Of a stretch of 64,000 bases of DNA, positions 32,533-44,580 are shown piece by piece. The notes below the pieces were generated by a model that did no database searches, was not told the DNA's origin, and saw nothing but the letters and a program-made list of their open reading frames with translations. Origin of the DNA: Gemmatimonadaceae bacterium (GTDB lineage: Bacteria > Gemmatimonadota > Gemmatimonadetes > Gemmatimonadales > Gemmatimonadaceae); contig JBGAJQ010000007.1 in the NCBI GenBank assembly GCA_044224875.1, forward strand, positions 1 to 64,000, in the 5' to 3' direction. Within the stretch, counting starts at the first letter, position 1. Each line of letters opens with the position of its first letter. Both the position numbers and the translations under genes were made by a program.

Positions 32533-33876
32533 ATGCAACCCGATGTGATGGACAAGCTGGTGTCGCTGTGCAAGCGACGTGGATTCATCTTCCAGTCCTC
32601 CGAGATCTACGGCGGTGCAGGGTCGGTGTGGGACTACGGCCCGCTGGGCGTAGAGCTGAAGAAGAACGTCAAGGATCGCTGGTGGCATGCGATGGTGCGG
32701 TCTCGCGACGACATCGAGGGCTTGGATGCGGCCATCCTCATGCATCCCCGCGTCTGGGAGGCGAGTGGCCATGTCGCCGGGTTCACCGATCCGCTCGTGG
32801 ACTGCCGCGCGTGCAAGGCGCGCTTTCGCGCGGACAAGCTCGAAGACTCCCAGTGCCCCAGGAAACCGAGCAAGCACGCCGGCGAACATGCAGACTGTCA
32901 GTTGACCGAGCCTCGTCAGTTCAACCTCATGTTCAAAACGTTCATGGGGCCGGTGGAGGAGTCGGCCTCGGTGGTGTACCTGCGGCCGGAGACGGCGCAG
33001 GGCATCTACGTGAACTTCCTGAATGTGCAGCAGGCCACGCGCCAGAAGGTGCCGTTCGGCATTGCCCAGATCGGGAAAGCGTTCCGCAACGAAATCACGC
33101 CGGGCAACTTCATCTTCCGCACGCGGGAATTCGAGCAAATGGAGATGCAGTTCTTCGTGGACCCGGCTGCGGACCACATGCAGTGGTTCGAGTTCTGGAA
33201 GGCGCAGCGCATGGAGTGGCACCAGTCCCTGGGCTTGCAGGCGGATCGACTGCTCTTTCACCAGCACACCCCGCAGGAGTTGGCACACTACGCACGCGCC
33301 GCGTTCGACATCCAGTTTGACTTCGGTGGCACCCTGGGCTTTCAAGAGATCGAAGGGGTGCACCATCGCGGCGACTTCGACCTCGGCCGGCATCAAGAGT
33401 ATTCCGGCAAGAAGCTGGAGTACTTCGACCAGCCGAACAATCGCCGGTTCACGCCGTTCGTGATCGAGACCTCTGTTGGAGCTGACAGAACGACGCTCGC
33501 GCTCCTCGTCAACGGGTATCGCGAGGAAGCAGTGGAAGGCGAAGAAGAAGGCCGCGTGGTGCTTGGTCTACACCCATCGCTGGCGCCGATCAAAGCCGGG
33601 ATCTTTCCGCTGGTGAAGAAGGACGGCATGCCCGAGTTCGCGGAGAAGCTGGCGGCGACGTTGCGGCCACATTTCCCCGTGTTCTATGACGAATCCGGGG
33701 CGATAGGGCGTCGCTACCGACGCCAGGATGAGGTCGGTACGCCGTTCTGCCTCACGGTGGATGGAGAGACGATGCAGAACGGCACCGTGACGGTGCGCGA
33801 TCGGGATTCGCTTCAGCAGGAGCGCGTCGCCGCGGACCAGGTGCAGGGGTTCATTCAGGCAAAGCTCGCGCGCTAG
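32533..33876 (+). CDS. glyQS: Glycyl-tRNA synthetase, alpha2 type
   Basis: [53 protein letters not shown]. Confidence 0.97.
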   Translation: MQPDVMDKLVSLCKRRGFIFQSSEIYGGAGSVWDYGPLGVELKKNVKDRWWHAMVRSRDDIEGLDAAILMHPRVWEASGHVAGFTDPLVDCRACKARFRADKLEDSQCPRKPSKHAGEHADCQLTEPRQFNLMFKTFMGPVEESASVVYLRPETAQGIYVNFLNVQQATRQKVPFGIAQIGKAFRNEITPGNFIFRTREFEQMEMQFFVDPAADHMQWFEFWKAQRMEWHQSLGLQADRLLFHQHTPQELAHYARAAFDIQFDFGGTLGFQEIEGVHHRGDFDLGRHQEYSGKKLEYFDQPNNRRFTPFVIETSVGADRTTLALLVNGYREEAVEGEEEGRVVLGLHPSLAPIKAGIFPLVKKDGMPEFAEKLAATLRPHFPVFYDESGAIGRRYRRQDEVGTPFCLTVDGETMQNGTVTVRDRDSLQQERVAADQVQGFIQAKLAR

Positions 33877-34086
33877 GAGGTCGATGGCTCGGCGTCTCGC
33901 GCTATCCTGCGTCGATTCGAGGGGGCGAATTTGACCTGACGGATGGCTGCGCCGTCACGGTTGGGTCTGACACATCGCGTTCCAACGTTCGTCGCCGATT
34001 CGCCCACTCCCCAGCCGCGCTGAGGGCGTACGTCCGCTGAGGTGTCTCTGTCACGGTGGCCTTTCAACCCTTTGCGTGGAGGTACC

Positions 34087-34524
34087 GTGGCGAATTCTGT
34101 CAATCAAGATCGTCGAGCGTTTGTTCGCGAAGCTGCGCTCACGCTGGTCGTACTTAGCGGCTGCTCTGGGGACAGTACCGGGCCGTCCGCGATCGATGGC
34201 GTCACGGTGTCCGGGAGTCAGGTGACGCTCGATTTGACCAAGGTGACGATGTTGTCATCTGTTGGCACTGCGCTCTTCATCCCGAGTGCGCGCGTGGTGG
34301 TACTGCGTACAGGTACGACGACCTTCAAGGCGTTCACCACGACCTGCACGCATGCGGGGTGCGCCGTGAATTCCTTTGCGGACGGGCGGATCAACTGTCC
34401 GTGCCACGGATCGCAATACGACACAAACGGTCAGGTGGTCGCTGGTCCTGCACCGCGCGCACTCACGCAGTACGCGACCACGTTTGATGCAGGCGCGAAC
34501 CTGGTGACGATCAACAAGGGTTGA
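34087..34524 (+). CDS. Rieske [2Fe-2S] protein, probable Tat lipoprotein
   Basis: RRAFV plus lipobox LSGC; CTHAGC and CPCHGS. Confidence 0.9.
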   Translation: MANSVNQDRRAFVREAALTLVVLSGCSGDSTGPSAIDGVTVSGSQVTLDLTKVTMLSSVGTALFIPSARVVVLRTGTTTFKAFTTTCTHAGCAVNSFADGRINCPCHGSQYDTNGQVVAGPAPRALTQYATTFDAGANLVTINKG

Positions 34525-34753
34525 CGTCTGGCGCTTCGGCTCGTGTGCAAGGTGCCGTTCGTGAGCGCAGCAACGACCAGGCTGCCAAGAATGTGCGGCC
34601 AGATCGTCATGAGGCTGGTGTCCAGGCGGACCCGACGTCTGGACGCGGCGAGTGTCAGGGTGCCAATTCCCCGGGCCACCTCGCATTTCTGGTGAGGACC
34701 GATGGCCGGCGCCGACCTCGATTCGGCACCGACGTTTCCCTCGGGGGGAAGGA

Positions 34754-35437
34754 ATGAAGCCGACGGCACTCGTGACCGGTGCATCGAAGGGGATTGGGCG
34801 CGCCATCGCCCGCCGGTTGGCCAGTACACATTCCGTGATCGTGAGCGCGAGGTCCGAGACCCTGTTGGAGGGGCTGGCCCGCGAAATCCGCGCCGCCGGT
34901 GGCACCTGTCGGGCCGTGGCATTGGACCTGCGTCGCCCCTCCGACCTGCCCGAGCAGCTGTCGACGCTCGACGTGGATGTCCTGGTGAACAACGCCGGTG
35001 TCATGCACAAGAAGCCAGTGGTTGAGCTGACGGACGAGGAATGGCAGGAAATGGTGGACGTGAACTACAGTGCACTCTTTCACATGACGCGAGCCGTCCT
35101 TCCGAACATGCTGAAGCGAGGGCGCGGACACATCGTCAACATTGCCTCCATCGCCGGCCGGTCGGCGTTCGTCGGGGGCGCCGGATACGCCTCCACCAAG
35201 CATGCGGTGATGGGCTTCAGCGAATCGCTCATGCTCGAACTCCGGGACAGCGGAGTGCGCGTATCGGTCGTGTGTCCCGGATCGGTGGCAACGGACATGG
35301 TGGCCGACGGTTCGGATACGAGCTGGATGCTCAAACCAGAAGATGTCGCGGAAGCTGTGGCCAGCGTGGTCGCCATGCCCGAGCACGCACTGGTCTATCA
35401 GGTGGAAGTGCGCGCGGCGCGACCCAACAAACGGTAG
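34754..35437 (+). CDS. SDR family oxidoreductase
   Basis: TGASKGIG, LVNNAG, YASTK, PGSVAT. Confidence 0.92.
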   Translation: MKPTALVTGASKGIGRAIARRLASTHSVIVSARSETLLEGLAREIRAAGGTCRAVALDLRRPSDLPEQLSTLDVDVLVNNAGVMHKKPVVELTDEEWQEMVDVNYSALFHMTRAVLPNMLKRGRGHIVNIASIAGRSAFVGGAGYASTKHAVMGFSESLMLELRDSGVRVSVVCPGSVATDMVADGSDTSWMLKPEDVAEAVASVVAMPEHALVYQVEVRAARPNKR

Positions 35438-35506
35438 ACTCGCCCCCGCAGTGCCGACGCACCTGTCGGGCATAACGCTTCGCAAACTCGGTGACGCCCC
35501 GCTAAG

Positions 35507-36901
35507 TTGCGGTTCGTGCGCAAACCTCGCGTCCTCACCCATGACCGGTTTCGCGGCCCACCCTCGCCTCAGCCTCCGGGGATGCCAGGGGCCCAGTCCA
35601 GTCTTCGTGAACTGCTCCTGATCCGCGAGATTGTGCATGCGTTCCTGCATGCCGACCGCCCCAGCGACGTCTTTCAATTCACGTTGGACCGCACGAGCCC
35701 GATGGTAGGCGCCACCTTCGCGTCGGTTTATCTCGTGGATGGCGTGTCGGAGCTCATGCACCTGGTGGCAGCTTACAACTGGCCGGAGCGCTACCGTCCG
35801 TGGCTCGGTGAAATGCGCGTTAGGCTTGGTTACGGTCCAAGCGGCGAGGCCGCCGCTGAGCGACGTGCCATCGAAGTGCACGACGTTTTCGCCGACAAGG
35901 ACCTCGAGGATTGGCAGGAGGTGGCGACCGAGCTTCAGTTCCGCTCCCTTGTCGCGTTGCCGCTGCAAACGGCCAAAGGCGTGACCGGCGCCGTCACCTT
36001 CTACTTCGAGGGCACCGGGGCGCCAACACCAGAGACCCGTGGCCTGCTGCGCATTGTCGCCGACCAGATGGCGGCCACCGCGGAGAAGGCGTCGCTGATC
36101 GACGAGCTACGTCGCGCCAATGTCGCGCTGCGCGAAGCGAATGAAGAGCTGGAAGGCCAGGTACGCGAGGTCTTGGATGCGCGGCGTGTTCAGGACGAAT
36201 TTCTCGCCAGCGTATCGCAGGAGCTCAGAAGTCCGTTGACGGCGATCATCGAATACCTAGCCACCCTCAAACGCGACCTCGCCGAGCCGTTGACCGAGCA
36301 ACAGCGTGCCGAATTGTCCAACATCCAGGAGGGCAGTGAAGGGCTGCTCTCTTTGGTGGACGACCTCTTGGACCTCACCAACGCGAATCGTGGAGTTCGG
36401 GGTCTGCGAGGGCAGGAGTTCGACCCACGAGATGTCGTCCGCGATGTCGCGGCCGCTGCTCCGGGGCACGCCGCCGGCGTCCAGTTCACGGTGCACAGAC
36501 CGGAAGGACTCCTCGCGCAGATGAAGAGCGATCGAGCCCGCGTGACAAAGATCCTCACCGCGCTCCTTGGTCACGCCTTCCGTACGACGTCCAGCGGAGA
36601 GGTGAGCATGGGCGTTGAGGTGAGGGGACTCCATGCGGTCTTTCGCGTACAGGACACCGGGAGTGGCATCGCCGTGGACGAGCCACTCACGTACTCCGGC
36701 GAGCGCGGCAAACCCGGTACCGGACCTCAGCTTGCACTAGCCCTCTCCCGGCGGTTGGCGCGCCTGCTCGGCGGAGACATCTTTATCGACGCCATTCCAG
36801 GAGCGGGGACGACCTATACCGTCGAACTGCCACTGGAGTTGGATCGCGACAACGTCGTCGCGGAGAGCTCGGCCGAGTTTCCAAAGACGATCCACTCTTA
36901 G
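35507..36901 (+). CDS. GAF + HisKA + HATPase sensor-kinase-like protein with degenerate catalytic motifs (start uncertain, possibly 35582)
   Basis: GAF region (SLVALPL), coiled coil, SQELRSPL in the H-box position, VQDTGSGI, LARLLGGDI..GTTYTVELP. Confidence 0.85.
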   Translation: MRFVRKPRVLTHDRFRGPPSPQPPGMPGAQSSLRELLLIREIVHAFLHADRPSDVFQFTLDRTSPMVGATFASVYLVDGVSELMHLVAAYNWPERYRPWLGEMRVRLGYGPSGEAAAERRAIEVHDVFADKDLEDWQEVATELQFRSLVALPLQTAKGVTGAVTFYFEGTGAPTPETRGLLRIVADQMAATAEKASLIDELRRANVALREANEELEGQVREVLDARRVQDEFLASVSQELRSPLTAIIEYLATLKRDLAEPLTEQQRAELSNIQEGSEGLLSLVDDLLDLTNANRGVRGLRGQEFDPRDVVRDVAAAAPGHAAGVQFTVHRPEGLLAQMKSDRARVTKILTALLGHAFRTTSSGEVSMGVEVRGLHAVFRVQDTGSGIAVDEPLTYSGERGKPGTGPQLALALSRRLARLLGGDIFIDAIPGAGTTYTVELPLELDRDNVVAESSAEFPKTIHS

Positions 36902-36910
36902 CTTGCTCAC

Positions 36911-37198
36911 ATGTCCACCCAACGTCGCACACTGCAGGAAGCACAGACGAGTCTCACGGTTTCCGACGTCCTGACGGCCGCAGTCGAGTTCTTCTCTCGA
37001 CGGGTGTCCATCTATACCGCCTACGTCGAGCAGCAAGGGCCGACCTTTGTCACCTTGCGTGGTCAGGGGGGCGAGGAGGTCGTCATCGCCGCCTCACCAC
37101 TGCCTAACGGGTCGCGGGTGACGGGCGCGACCTACATGTTCGACGCACAAGTGTCGCGATTTCTCGCCACGTTACCGCCGGCGTCGGAGGTTGCATGA
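36911..37198 (+). CDS. Hypothetical protein
   Basis: 95-aa ORF whose stop overlaps the next ATG (ATGA); TAGCTT lies 6 nt upstream of the start. Confidence 0.7.
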   Translation: MSTQRRTLQEAQTSLTVSDVLTAAVEFFSRRVSIYTAYVEQQGPTFVTLRGQGGEEVVIAASPLPNGSRVTGATYMFDAQVSRFLATLPPASEVA

Positions 37199-37517
37199 CT
37201 ACACCATTCGTCGCGCAGCTTCGCTCGCGCCCTGACATCCTTCGGCTTGGCACCGGCAGCGAGCCAGTTATCACGGTGCGGGTGCAGCTCGCCGAGCGCT
37301 GGGATACCGTTCGGGTGGACGCCCCCGCCGACACATCGGTGAGCGTCCTCAAGCAACGCGCCTTGGAGGCGCTGGCTCCCGATGCACCGCGCTCGGAGGA
37401 ATACGTGACGAAGCTGAATGGATGGGAGGTTTTGGACGAGCGGAGTACGCTTGCGGCTGCCGGCGCGGTCTCTGGATCGACGTTCTTGTTGCACTCGCGC
37501 CGCCGGCACCCAGTCCG

Positions 37518-37521
<4 letters not shown>
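37195..37521 (+). CDS. Probable ubiquitin-like (beta-grasp, YukD/EsaB-like) protein
   Basis: ITVRV..TVRVDAPADTSVSVLKQRAL..YVTKLNGWEVLDERSTLAAAGAVSGSTFLL aligns by eye to the ubiquitin-fold pattern. Confidence 0.6.
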
Positions 37522-38549
<1,028 letters not shown>

Positions 38550-38596
38550 CGGGGGGCGCGCCAAGTCGGAGCTTGGCAGGAGCTTGTGATCTCGGT

Positions 38597-39454
38597 ATGA
38601 CCCTCTCGCGCTATGGTCCGTTGCTAGACGCCGTTCGTGGGCTTCAATGGCCTTCGCGGCGACGAGCGGCTGGTGTGCTCCCCGGGACGCACGAATCGAG
38701 GCGACGGGGCGCATCTCCCGAGTTGTCCGAGTATCGCGCCTATCGACAGGGGGACGATCCCCGCCAGCTCGACTGGCGGCTGCTGGCTCGGACGGATCGC
38801 GCGTTCATTCGGCTCGCCGAGGAGCGCTCGATCATGGGCACCGTCTTTCTGCTGGACGCGTCAGCGTCCATGGATTTTCCGCGTGGCGGGATCAGCAAGT
38901 GGGACATCGCGTGCACCCTCTGCGTGGGCATGGCGGCGATCGCCCACTTTGCCGGGGACCCGGTGGGCCTGCTCGTGCCTACCGGCGCTGGCGCGGTACA
39001 CCTGTCGCCGCGTTCCCGGCGTGGGGCGGTGCACGCGATGGCGCGCGCCTTGGATGAGGTTCGACCGTCAGGCTCAACCGGTCTGGCCGAAGCGTTGTCG
39101 CACATCGGTCGTTCGCAGCGAGTCGTGGTGATCAGCGACTTTCTGGGCGACGAGGCGGCCCTTCGTCGGGCGTGCCGGTCCCTCCTTGCGGCACGTCGCG
39201 ACGTGCAAGGCGTGCACGTGATCGCGGCGGCGGAGATTGCGCCTTCGCTGGGATCGGGGCTGGTGGAGGACCCTGAGTCGCCTCAGGTGCGCCGTCCGTT
39301 CACCGCAGATACCCGGTCTGCCTACATCGCGAGATTCGCGGCGTGGCGTGAGTCGTTGGCGCACGGATGGCGGCAGGACGGGGCATCGTTCGCATCGGTG
39401 ATCACCGATGAAGACCCGGCGCGCGCGGTGCGACGCCTGGTGACTTCCGCATGA
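38597..39454 (+). CDS. DUF58 / vWA domain protein
   Basis: EYRAYRQGDDPRQLDWR, LDASASM (MIDAS-like), VVISDF. Confidence 0.9.
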   Translation: MTLSRYGPLLDAVRGLQWPSRRRAAGVLPGTHESRRRGASPELSEYRAYRQGDDPRQLDWRLLARTDRAFIRLAEERSIMGTVFLLDASASMDFPRGGISKWDIACTLCVGMAAIAHFAGDPVGLLVPTGAGAVHLSPRSRRGAVHAMARALDEVRPSGSTGLAEALSHIGRSQRVVVISDFLGDEAALRRACRSLLAARRDVQGVHVIAAAEIAPSLGSGLVEDPESPQVRRPFTADTRSAYIARFAAWRESLAHGWRQDGASFASVITDEDPARAVRRLVTSA

Positions 39455-40725
39455 TGTCGTTTGCCGCGCCAGAGTACCTGTGGGGTGCCGCTCTTGGCGC
39501 CCTCGTGGTGGTCGGGTTGCACCTGCTGGCGCGACGTGAACGCCGCGCGGACGTCCTGCCGACGGCACGGTTCGTCCCCGAGCGCGTCGCAACCTCGGTG
39601 GTGCGCCCCGACCGGCTGAAGGATGTCGCCATCCTATCGCTGCGCGTGCTGGCCCTCGCCTTGATTGGCTTGGCCGCCGCGCGGCCCGCCTGGGACGCGC
39701 GATCGGCGGGTATCGCCCGGGTCATTGTGCTGGACCGCGCCGCCGGTGAATGGCGCCCCGCCGCTGATGTTGTGCGACGCCTTGCCCGAGATGGAACGAC
39801 GTCTCTTGTGGTGGTGGATTCTTCAGCGCGCCTTGCCGAGCCCGACCAGCTTGCCGCAGATCCGGATACGGTAGGGTACCCGACGGCTGCTTCTCTGTCG
39901 GCAGCGTTGGTGCTGGCGGTTAGGCAAGCCAACGCATTCACTGCGCGATTCGCGCGGGTGGAACTGCACGTCGTATCGCCCCTTCGCCGGCAGGAAGTAG
40001 ACGCGGCCACGCTCCCGATTCGACGTCTCTGGGCCGATTCTATCACACTGCACGACGTCCCGGTTCGCGACAAGATCGAGCCGGCCCGGGGGCTCGAGAC
40101 GACGCTCGACGACGATGACGTCGTTGGAGCCGCGGTGCGACTGACGGTGCCGGTTCGGACGGATGGACAAGCCACGGTTCGAGCTCGCCGCGGCACGCCG
40201 ACGGTTGAAGACTTGCAGTGGGTGGGCGAGGCGCCGCGAGTCCTGCTTGCCTGGCCCGACACGTCGATCGCACGACAGAGCCAGGATTCACTGGACGCCG
40301 TGACGTCGACGCTTGCGACGGTTGTTGGGTACTTTCGCCGAGACACGGCATCGTTGAAGGGTGTCCCGATCCTGTGGTGGCGCGACGGAGCGGTCGCCGC
40401 AACGGAAGCGAGGGCGGGCAAGGGGTGCGTGCGCAGCGTCGGCTTTGTACCAGGTTCGCGCGGCGACGCCGCCATATCAATCGGCGTTAGGCGGGTGGTG
40501 GAGCGACTGACGGGGCCGTGTGGCGCCGCACAACCGGGTGATCCGCTGCCGCCACCGCTTCGAAGCGCGTTGGCCGCACCCGCGTCTACGCGGACGGGTG
40601 CCGGCGCCGCATCGCCACAAGGATCTCGTCTCGTCCCCGCCTTGCTCCTCCTCGGCGCGTTGCTCGCGCTTGCGGCGGAGCAGTGGATGCGCCGGTCCAA
40701 CGGCGATCGTGGAGCCACCGAATGA
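39451..40725 (+). CDS. BatA-like N-terminal domain membrane protein
   Basis: MSF..PEYLW..LHLL..P..RF..LRVLAL..AARP; C-terminal TM ending in EQWMRR. Confidence 0.75.
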   Translation: MMSFAAPEYLWGAALGALVVVGLHLLARRERRADVLPTARFVPERVATSVVRPDRLKDVAILSLRVLALALIGLAAARPAWDARSAGIARVIVLDRAAGEWRPAADVVRRLARDGTTSLVVVDSSARLAEPDQLAADPDTVGYPTAASLSAALVLAVRQANAFTARFARVELHVVSPLRRQEVDAATLPIRRLWADSITLHDVPVRDKIEPARGLETTLDDDDVVGAAVRLTVPVRTDGQATVRARRGTPTVEDLQWVGEAPRVLLAWPDTSIARQSQDSLDAVTSTLATVVGYFRRDTASLKGVPILWWRDGAVAATEARAGKGCVRSVGFVPGSRGDAAISIGVRRVVERLTGPCGAAQPGDPLPPPLRSALAAPASTRTGAGAASPQGSRLVPALLLLGALLALAAEQWMRRSNGDRGATE

Positions 40726-42758
40726 GTGGTGACACGGTCGTGCGCCAGCAGGTGCGACACACGCAGCGCATGTTGAAGCTGTCTGCTGTGTTGCACGGCA
40801 TCGGAGTCGCCGCCCTCGGTGCTGGGGTGACGTTGGCGCTGACGTACCTCGTCGGGTCCAGTGTCCACACCGCGACTGGGTTTGCCCTGGTTGTGGGCGT
40901 GGCGGCGGGAGCCTACGAGTTCTTCCGCCGTGGGGCCCGTTCCCTGTCGCTCGAACGCGCGGCACTGTGGGTGGATGAACGTGTCCCAAGCATGCGTTAC
41001 GCGTTGGTGAGTGCCTTGGGGGAACCTGCCGCACACCGCAGGTTGGAGCCGGCGATCGATCGAACGGCATGGCGCCGGGTGGAAGGGGAGGCGGTGCGAG
41101 CAGCAGGGCGACGTGCTCTCTTGCTGGTGACGGGAGGGGTGGCGACCCTATGGCTGGCACATCGGCTGCCGTTCGCCGCCTTCGCAGACTCGGTCGCCAA
41201 TGCGCCCATGCCCGGACGCAGCGCCCCGGGAACCGTCCGCGTGCACGCGCGAGTCGAGCCACCGGCGTACACGCACCTCAAATCGGAGGAGCAGGACAAC
41301 CCCACGACAATTCGCGCCATCGCCGGGAGTACGCTGGCGATGACGGCAGCCGAGGCGGATGTGGTTGCGCGCTTGGGCGACTCGTCGCTGGCAACGTCGC
41401 CTGTGGCGACCGGTCGTCAGGTCAAACTACGAGTTTCTCCTGGGGCTCGCGTCTTGGCGATGGCCACCGCGACGGGGAGCCGGCTCGTGACGATCGACGG
41501 TATTGCCGACTCGGTGCCCACGGTCACGCTGTCACAGCCAGCGCACGACACCGTGTTTCGGGAGCCGCGAGGCACGGTCGATCTCTCGGCGCACCTCATG
41601 GATGATTTCGGTGTCTCCAACGCGGCGTTCGAATACATCGTCTCGTCGGGGGAGGGGGAGAGCTTCACCTTCCGGCGCGGTCGCGCCGGCTCGCGGTCCC
41701 TTGGCGGGATTCGCAGCAGCACCTTGACCGCACGACTGTCTTTGGAGGCGCTACAGCTCAAACCGGGTGACATCGTGCACCTGCGCGCCGTCGCGCAGGA
41801 CGCGAACACGGTCACCGGGCCCGGCATCGGTAGCTCGGACACGCGCACGCTGCGGATCGCCCGCGCGGGTGAGTACGACTCGCTGGCGGTGGAAGGGGCT
41901 CCACCGCCGGAAGCCGACAAGTCGGTGTTGAGCCAGCGCATGCTGATCAACCTGACGGAAGCCCTCAGACGCCGGCGGCGAACGCTCGCTCGCGATGGGT
42001 TCGTCACCCAGGCCCAAGGGATCGCGAGGGATCAGGCCCGCCTGCGGCGCCAGGTGGGAGACCTCATCTTCGATCGGCTGGGCGACACACCAACCGGCGA
42101 ACACTCGCATGATGCCGATGCGGAGCGGCCGCTCTCGAAGGAAGAGTTGCTCAAGGCCGCCGAAGAGGCCACCAAGGCGGATTCCGAAGTGCTCGACTTT
42201 GCGAACGGCGAGTCGCCGGTCACCAACATCAATCGCCCCTTGCTGGAGGCGTACAACGCGATGTGGGACGCCGGTCGCGAGTTAGGCATCGCCGACCTGG
42301 AACGCGCGCTGCCGCATATGTATCGCGCCCTCGCGGCAATCCAGCGGGCGCGTGCCGCCGAACGGTTGTACCTGCGAGGCAAGGCGCCGCGGGTGGTGGT
42401 GGACATCGCCCGCGTGCGTTTGCAGGGAAGGGACAAGGGACGCTCGTTCGTACGCACCCCACTGACGTCCGCCGATTCGGCACGAAACCTCGCGCGGACG
42501 CGTTTTGCCGGCGCGATCGAGCGTTTGTCCGCGGATCCCGGCCCGGCGATTGACTCGCTCGTTGTGCTTCGTGTCGATGTTGCCGCGTGGAGTGCCCCTG
42601 CCGCCCGTGCGCTGGATGCCGCCGTGGAGGCCCTTCGTTCAGAGCGGGACGCGACTGAGGTCTTGCTCCAGGCGCGCCGCGCCTTGGACGGCCCGATCAC
42701 TCACACGGATTCGGTTTCGCGCTGGTCGCGGTCCGGTGGGACGGGCTTCCATGAGTGA
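40722..42758 (+). CDS. Membrane protein of the MoxR operon (DUF4175-like)
   Basis: N-terminal TMs, VEPPAYT, D..P.V, DDFG, LKPGD..A.D motifs and a helical C-terminus; translationally coupled. Confidence 0.65.
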   Translation: MSGDTVVRQQVRHTQRMLKLSAVLHGIGVAALGAGVTLALTYLVGSSVHTATGFALVVGVAAGAYEFFRRGARSLSLERAALWVDERVPSMRYALVSALGEPAAHRRLEPAIDRTAWRRVEGEAVRAAGRRALLLVTGGVATLWLAHRLPFAAFADSVANAPMPGRSAPGTVRVHARVEPPAYTHLKSEEQDNPTTIRAIAGSTLAMTAAEADVVARLGDSSLATSPVATGRQVKLRVSPGARVLAMATATGSRLVTIDGIADSVPTVTLSQPAHDTVFREPRGTVDLSAHLMDDFGVSNAAFEYIVSSGEGESFTFRRGRAGSRSLGGIRSSTLTARLSLEALQLKPGDIVHLRAVAQDANTVTGPGIGSSDTRTLRIARAGEYDSLAVEGAPPPEADKSVLSQRMLINLTEALRRRRRTLARDGFVTQAQGIARDQARLRRQVGDLIFDRLGDTPTGEHSHDADAERPLSKEELLKAAEEATKADSEVLDFANGESPVTNINRPLLEAYNAMWDAGRELGIADLERALPHMYRALAAIQRARAAERLYLRGKAPRVVVDIARVRLQGRDKGRSFVRTPLTSADSARNLARTRFAGAIERLSADPGPAIDSLVVLRVDVAAWSAPAARALDAAVEALRSERDATEVLLQARRALDGPITHTDSVSRWSRSGGTGFHE

Positions 42759-43362
42759 GTTTGTGTTCGCCACGGCGCAGTACGAGTCGGGTGACTGGGA
42801 TTCCGCGCCGCTCGTCCCTGTGAACATCATCGATTCAGTAGCGCGATACACCTCGATTCCGGTCGCCCCGCAAGGCGTCAACGTCTCGCTGGCGTCGGAT
42901 GACGTCCTCCGGTATCCACTGTTGTTCCTGACGGGCCATCTCCCGGTCCGCTTCACGACGCCAGAGCGAGAGACTCTTCGCAAGTACCTCAGTCGTGGTG
43001 GAATGCTCTTTGTCGATGACCACAACCACGACGTGGACGGGGCGTTTCACCGTACCGCGACCGAGGAGATCCAGCGCGCAGCGGGCCCGCTGGTGAAGGT
43101 TCCAAAGAGTCACCCGCTGTACCGGGCCTTCTTTGTGTTCCCTGACGGGCCGCCAAACACGAGTCACGAACTGAATGGCTGGGGAGACAATCTCATTCAC
43201 CCCGAGCTGTTGGCGGTCACCCATGGCGACCGCATCGCCGTGCTCTACAGCAACAAGGACTATAGCTCAGAGTGGAGTTATCACCCGGATAACAAGCGCT
43301 TCTTCTCGGTCGACAATACCCGGTTCGGCGTCAACATCGTGGTCTATGCGCTCACCTTCTGA
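42751..43362 (+). CDS. DUF4159-like protein
   Basis: YESGDWD, YPLLFLTGH, LRKYL.RGG.LF.DD, SNKDY..W, GVNIV.YAL. Confidence 0.75.
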   Translation: MSEFVFATAQYESGDWDSAPLVPVNIIDSVARYTSIPVAPQGVNVSLASDDVLRYPLLFLTGHLPVRFTTPERETLRKYLSRGGMLFVDDHNHDVDGAFHRTATEEIQRAAGPLVKVPKSHPLYRAFFVFPDGPPNTSHELNGWGDNLIHPELLAVTHGDRIAVLYSNKDYSSEWSYHPDNKRFFSVDNTRFGVNIVVYALTF

Positions 43363-44580
43363 CGACCGCCGAGTGTGGTTCGAGCGTGCATGCCGCACGT
43401 TCGCATTCCTGTCGCTGTTTGTTGTCGCTGTTGCGGCGACGCGTGAGGGTGTGGCGCGCCGTGCATCAGTCAACGTCGGGTCCACGGACCTCACCGCTGG
43501 GCTCCAGCGTGCCACACTAGCGCAAGCAGCCGACCTACGATTGCGAGCGAGCTACTCACCGTCGGCACCGGAGCGCGCGTGGCTTCGCGCCCTGCGCGCA
43601 AGCGGCACACCGGTGTTGTGGGATGTGACGCGACCCCTCGTGTCGCCCGCCATTGGCGTCGAACCCGCCGTAACTCCGGATCAATCACCCTCGGTGGCGC
43701 TCATCGCGCCGTCAGGAACAACCGTGGTCCTCTCCGATGCGGCCAGTCGCATCGACTCCGTCTCCGTCGGAGCCTCCGGTCGACTGGTGCTCACTGGGGT
43801 CATGGAGCGCGAAGTGCATGCTCGGCTCGGCGCTGGGGAAACAGTGGTGGCGCGCGTCGACACGATTGGCCTTGGTCGAGTTCTCGTGCTCGGCCGCGCC
43901 GATTGGGAGACGAAGTACGTCCTGACAGCCCTCGAGGAGGAGGGTTGGCAGGTGGACGCCCGCGTCAGAGTGGCGCCGTCGTGTTGGACACCGCCGTTGC
44001 CCGGGTCGAAGACCTGGCGACCTACGTGCGGAGTGGCGGTGGGCTCCTGATCGCCAACGACGCCACACTCGACCGCCGTTTGTTGGCCCTGGCGGGAGCC
44101 GGAATAGGGGTCGCGCCGCGGGCCGAGATCGGTGCCCTCGTCAGTTCAAACGCACGGCGCGGACTCAGTGCGCGCGCACTGCTGGAGCGGGACTCGCTGT
44201 CGGTCGTCCTGGAGCGGCGTGGCCCGGCCGCGCTGGTGGTGGCCCGGCGCGTGGGTGTAGGACGGGTCGCGGCGTCGGGGTACGTCGACACCTGGCGGTG
44301 GCGCATGCAGGGGGGCGACGGTTCGGTGGAAGCGCATCGCACCTGGTGGTCCAACGCGGTAGGCGGCGTCGCGTATGTGCGCCTGCTGCCAAGCCGCGAC
44401 CTTAGCGGACTCGATGGCGCTCCGTATGCCGCTATGCTCGCCGACATCGGCCCACCGTCCACAGGCCAAAGAACGTCCGCCCCCCTGTTGGAGACCTGGT
44501 TGCTGCCGCTCGCCTCTCTTCTCACGGCGCTTTCCCTGCTGACCGAATGGGGCAGCCGACGCCTCCGAGGGGCAAAATGA
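43346..44580 (+). CDS. Membrane protein of the MoxR operon, split by a frameshift near 43975
   Basis: N-terminal part MRSPSDDRR..WETKYVLTALEEEGW; C-terminal part YVRSGGGLL..GVGRV..DTWRWRM..EWGSRRLRG in another frame. Confidence 0.65.
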
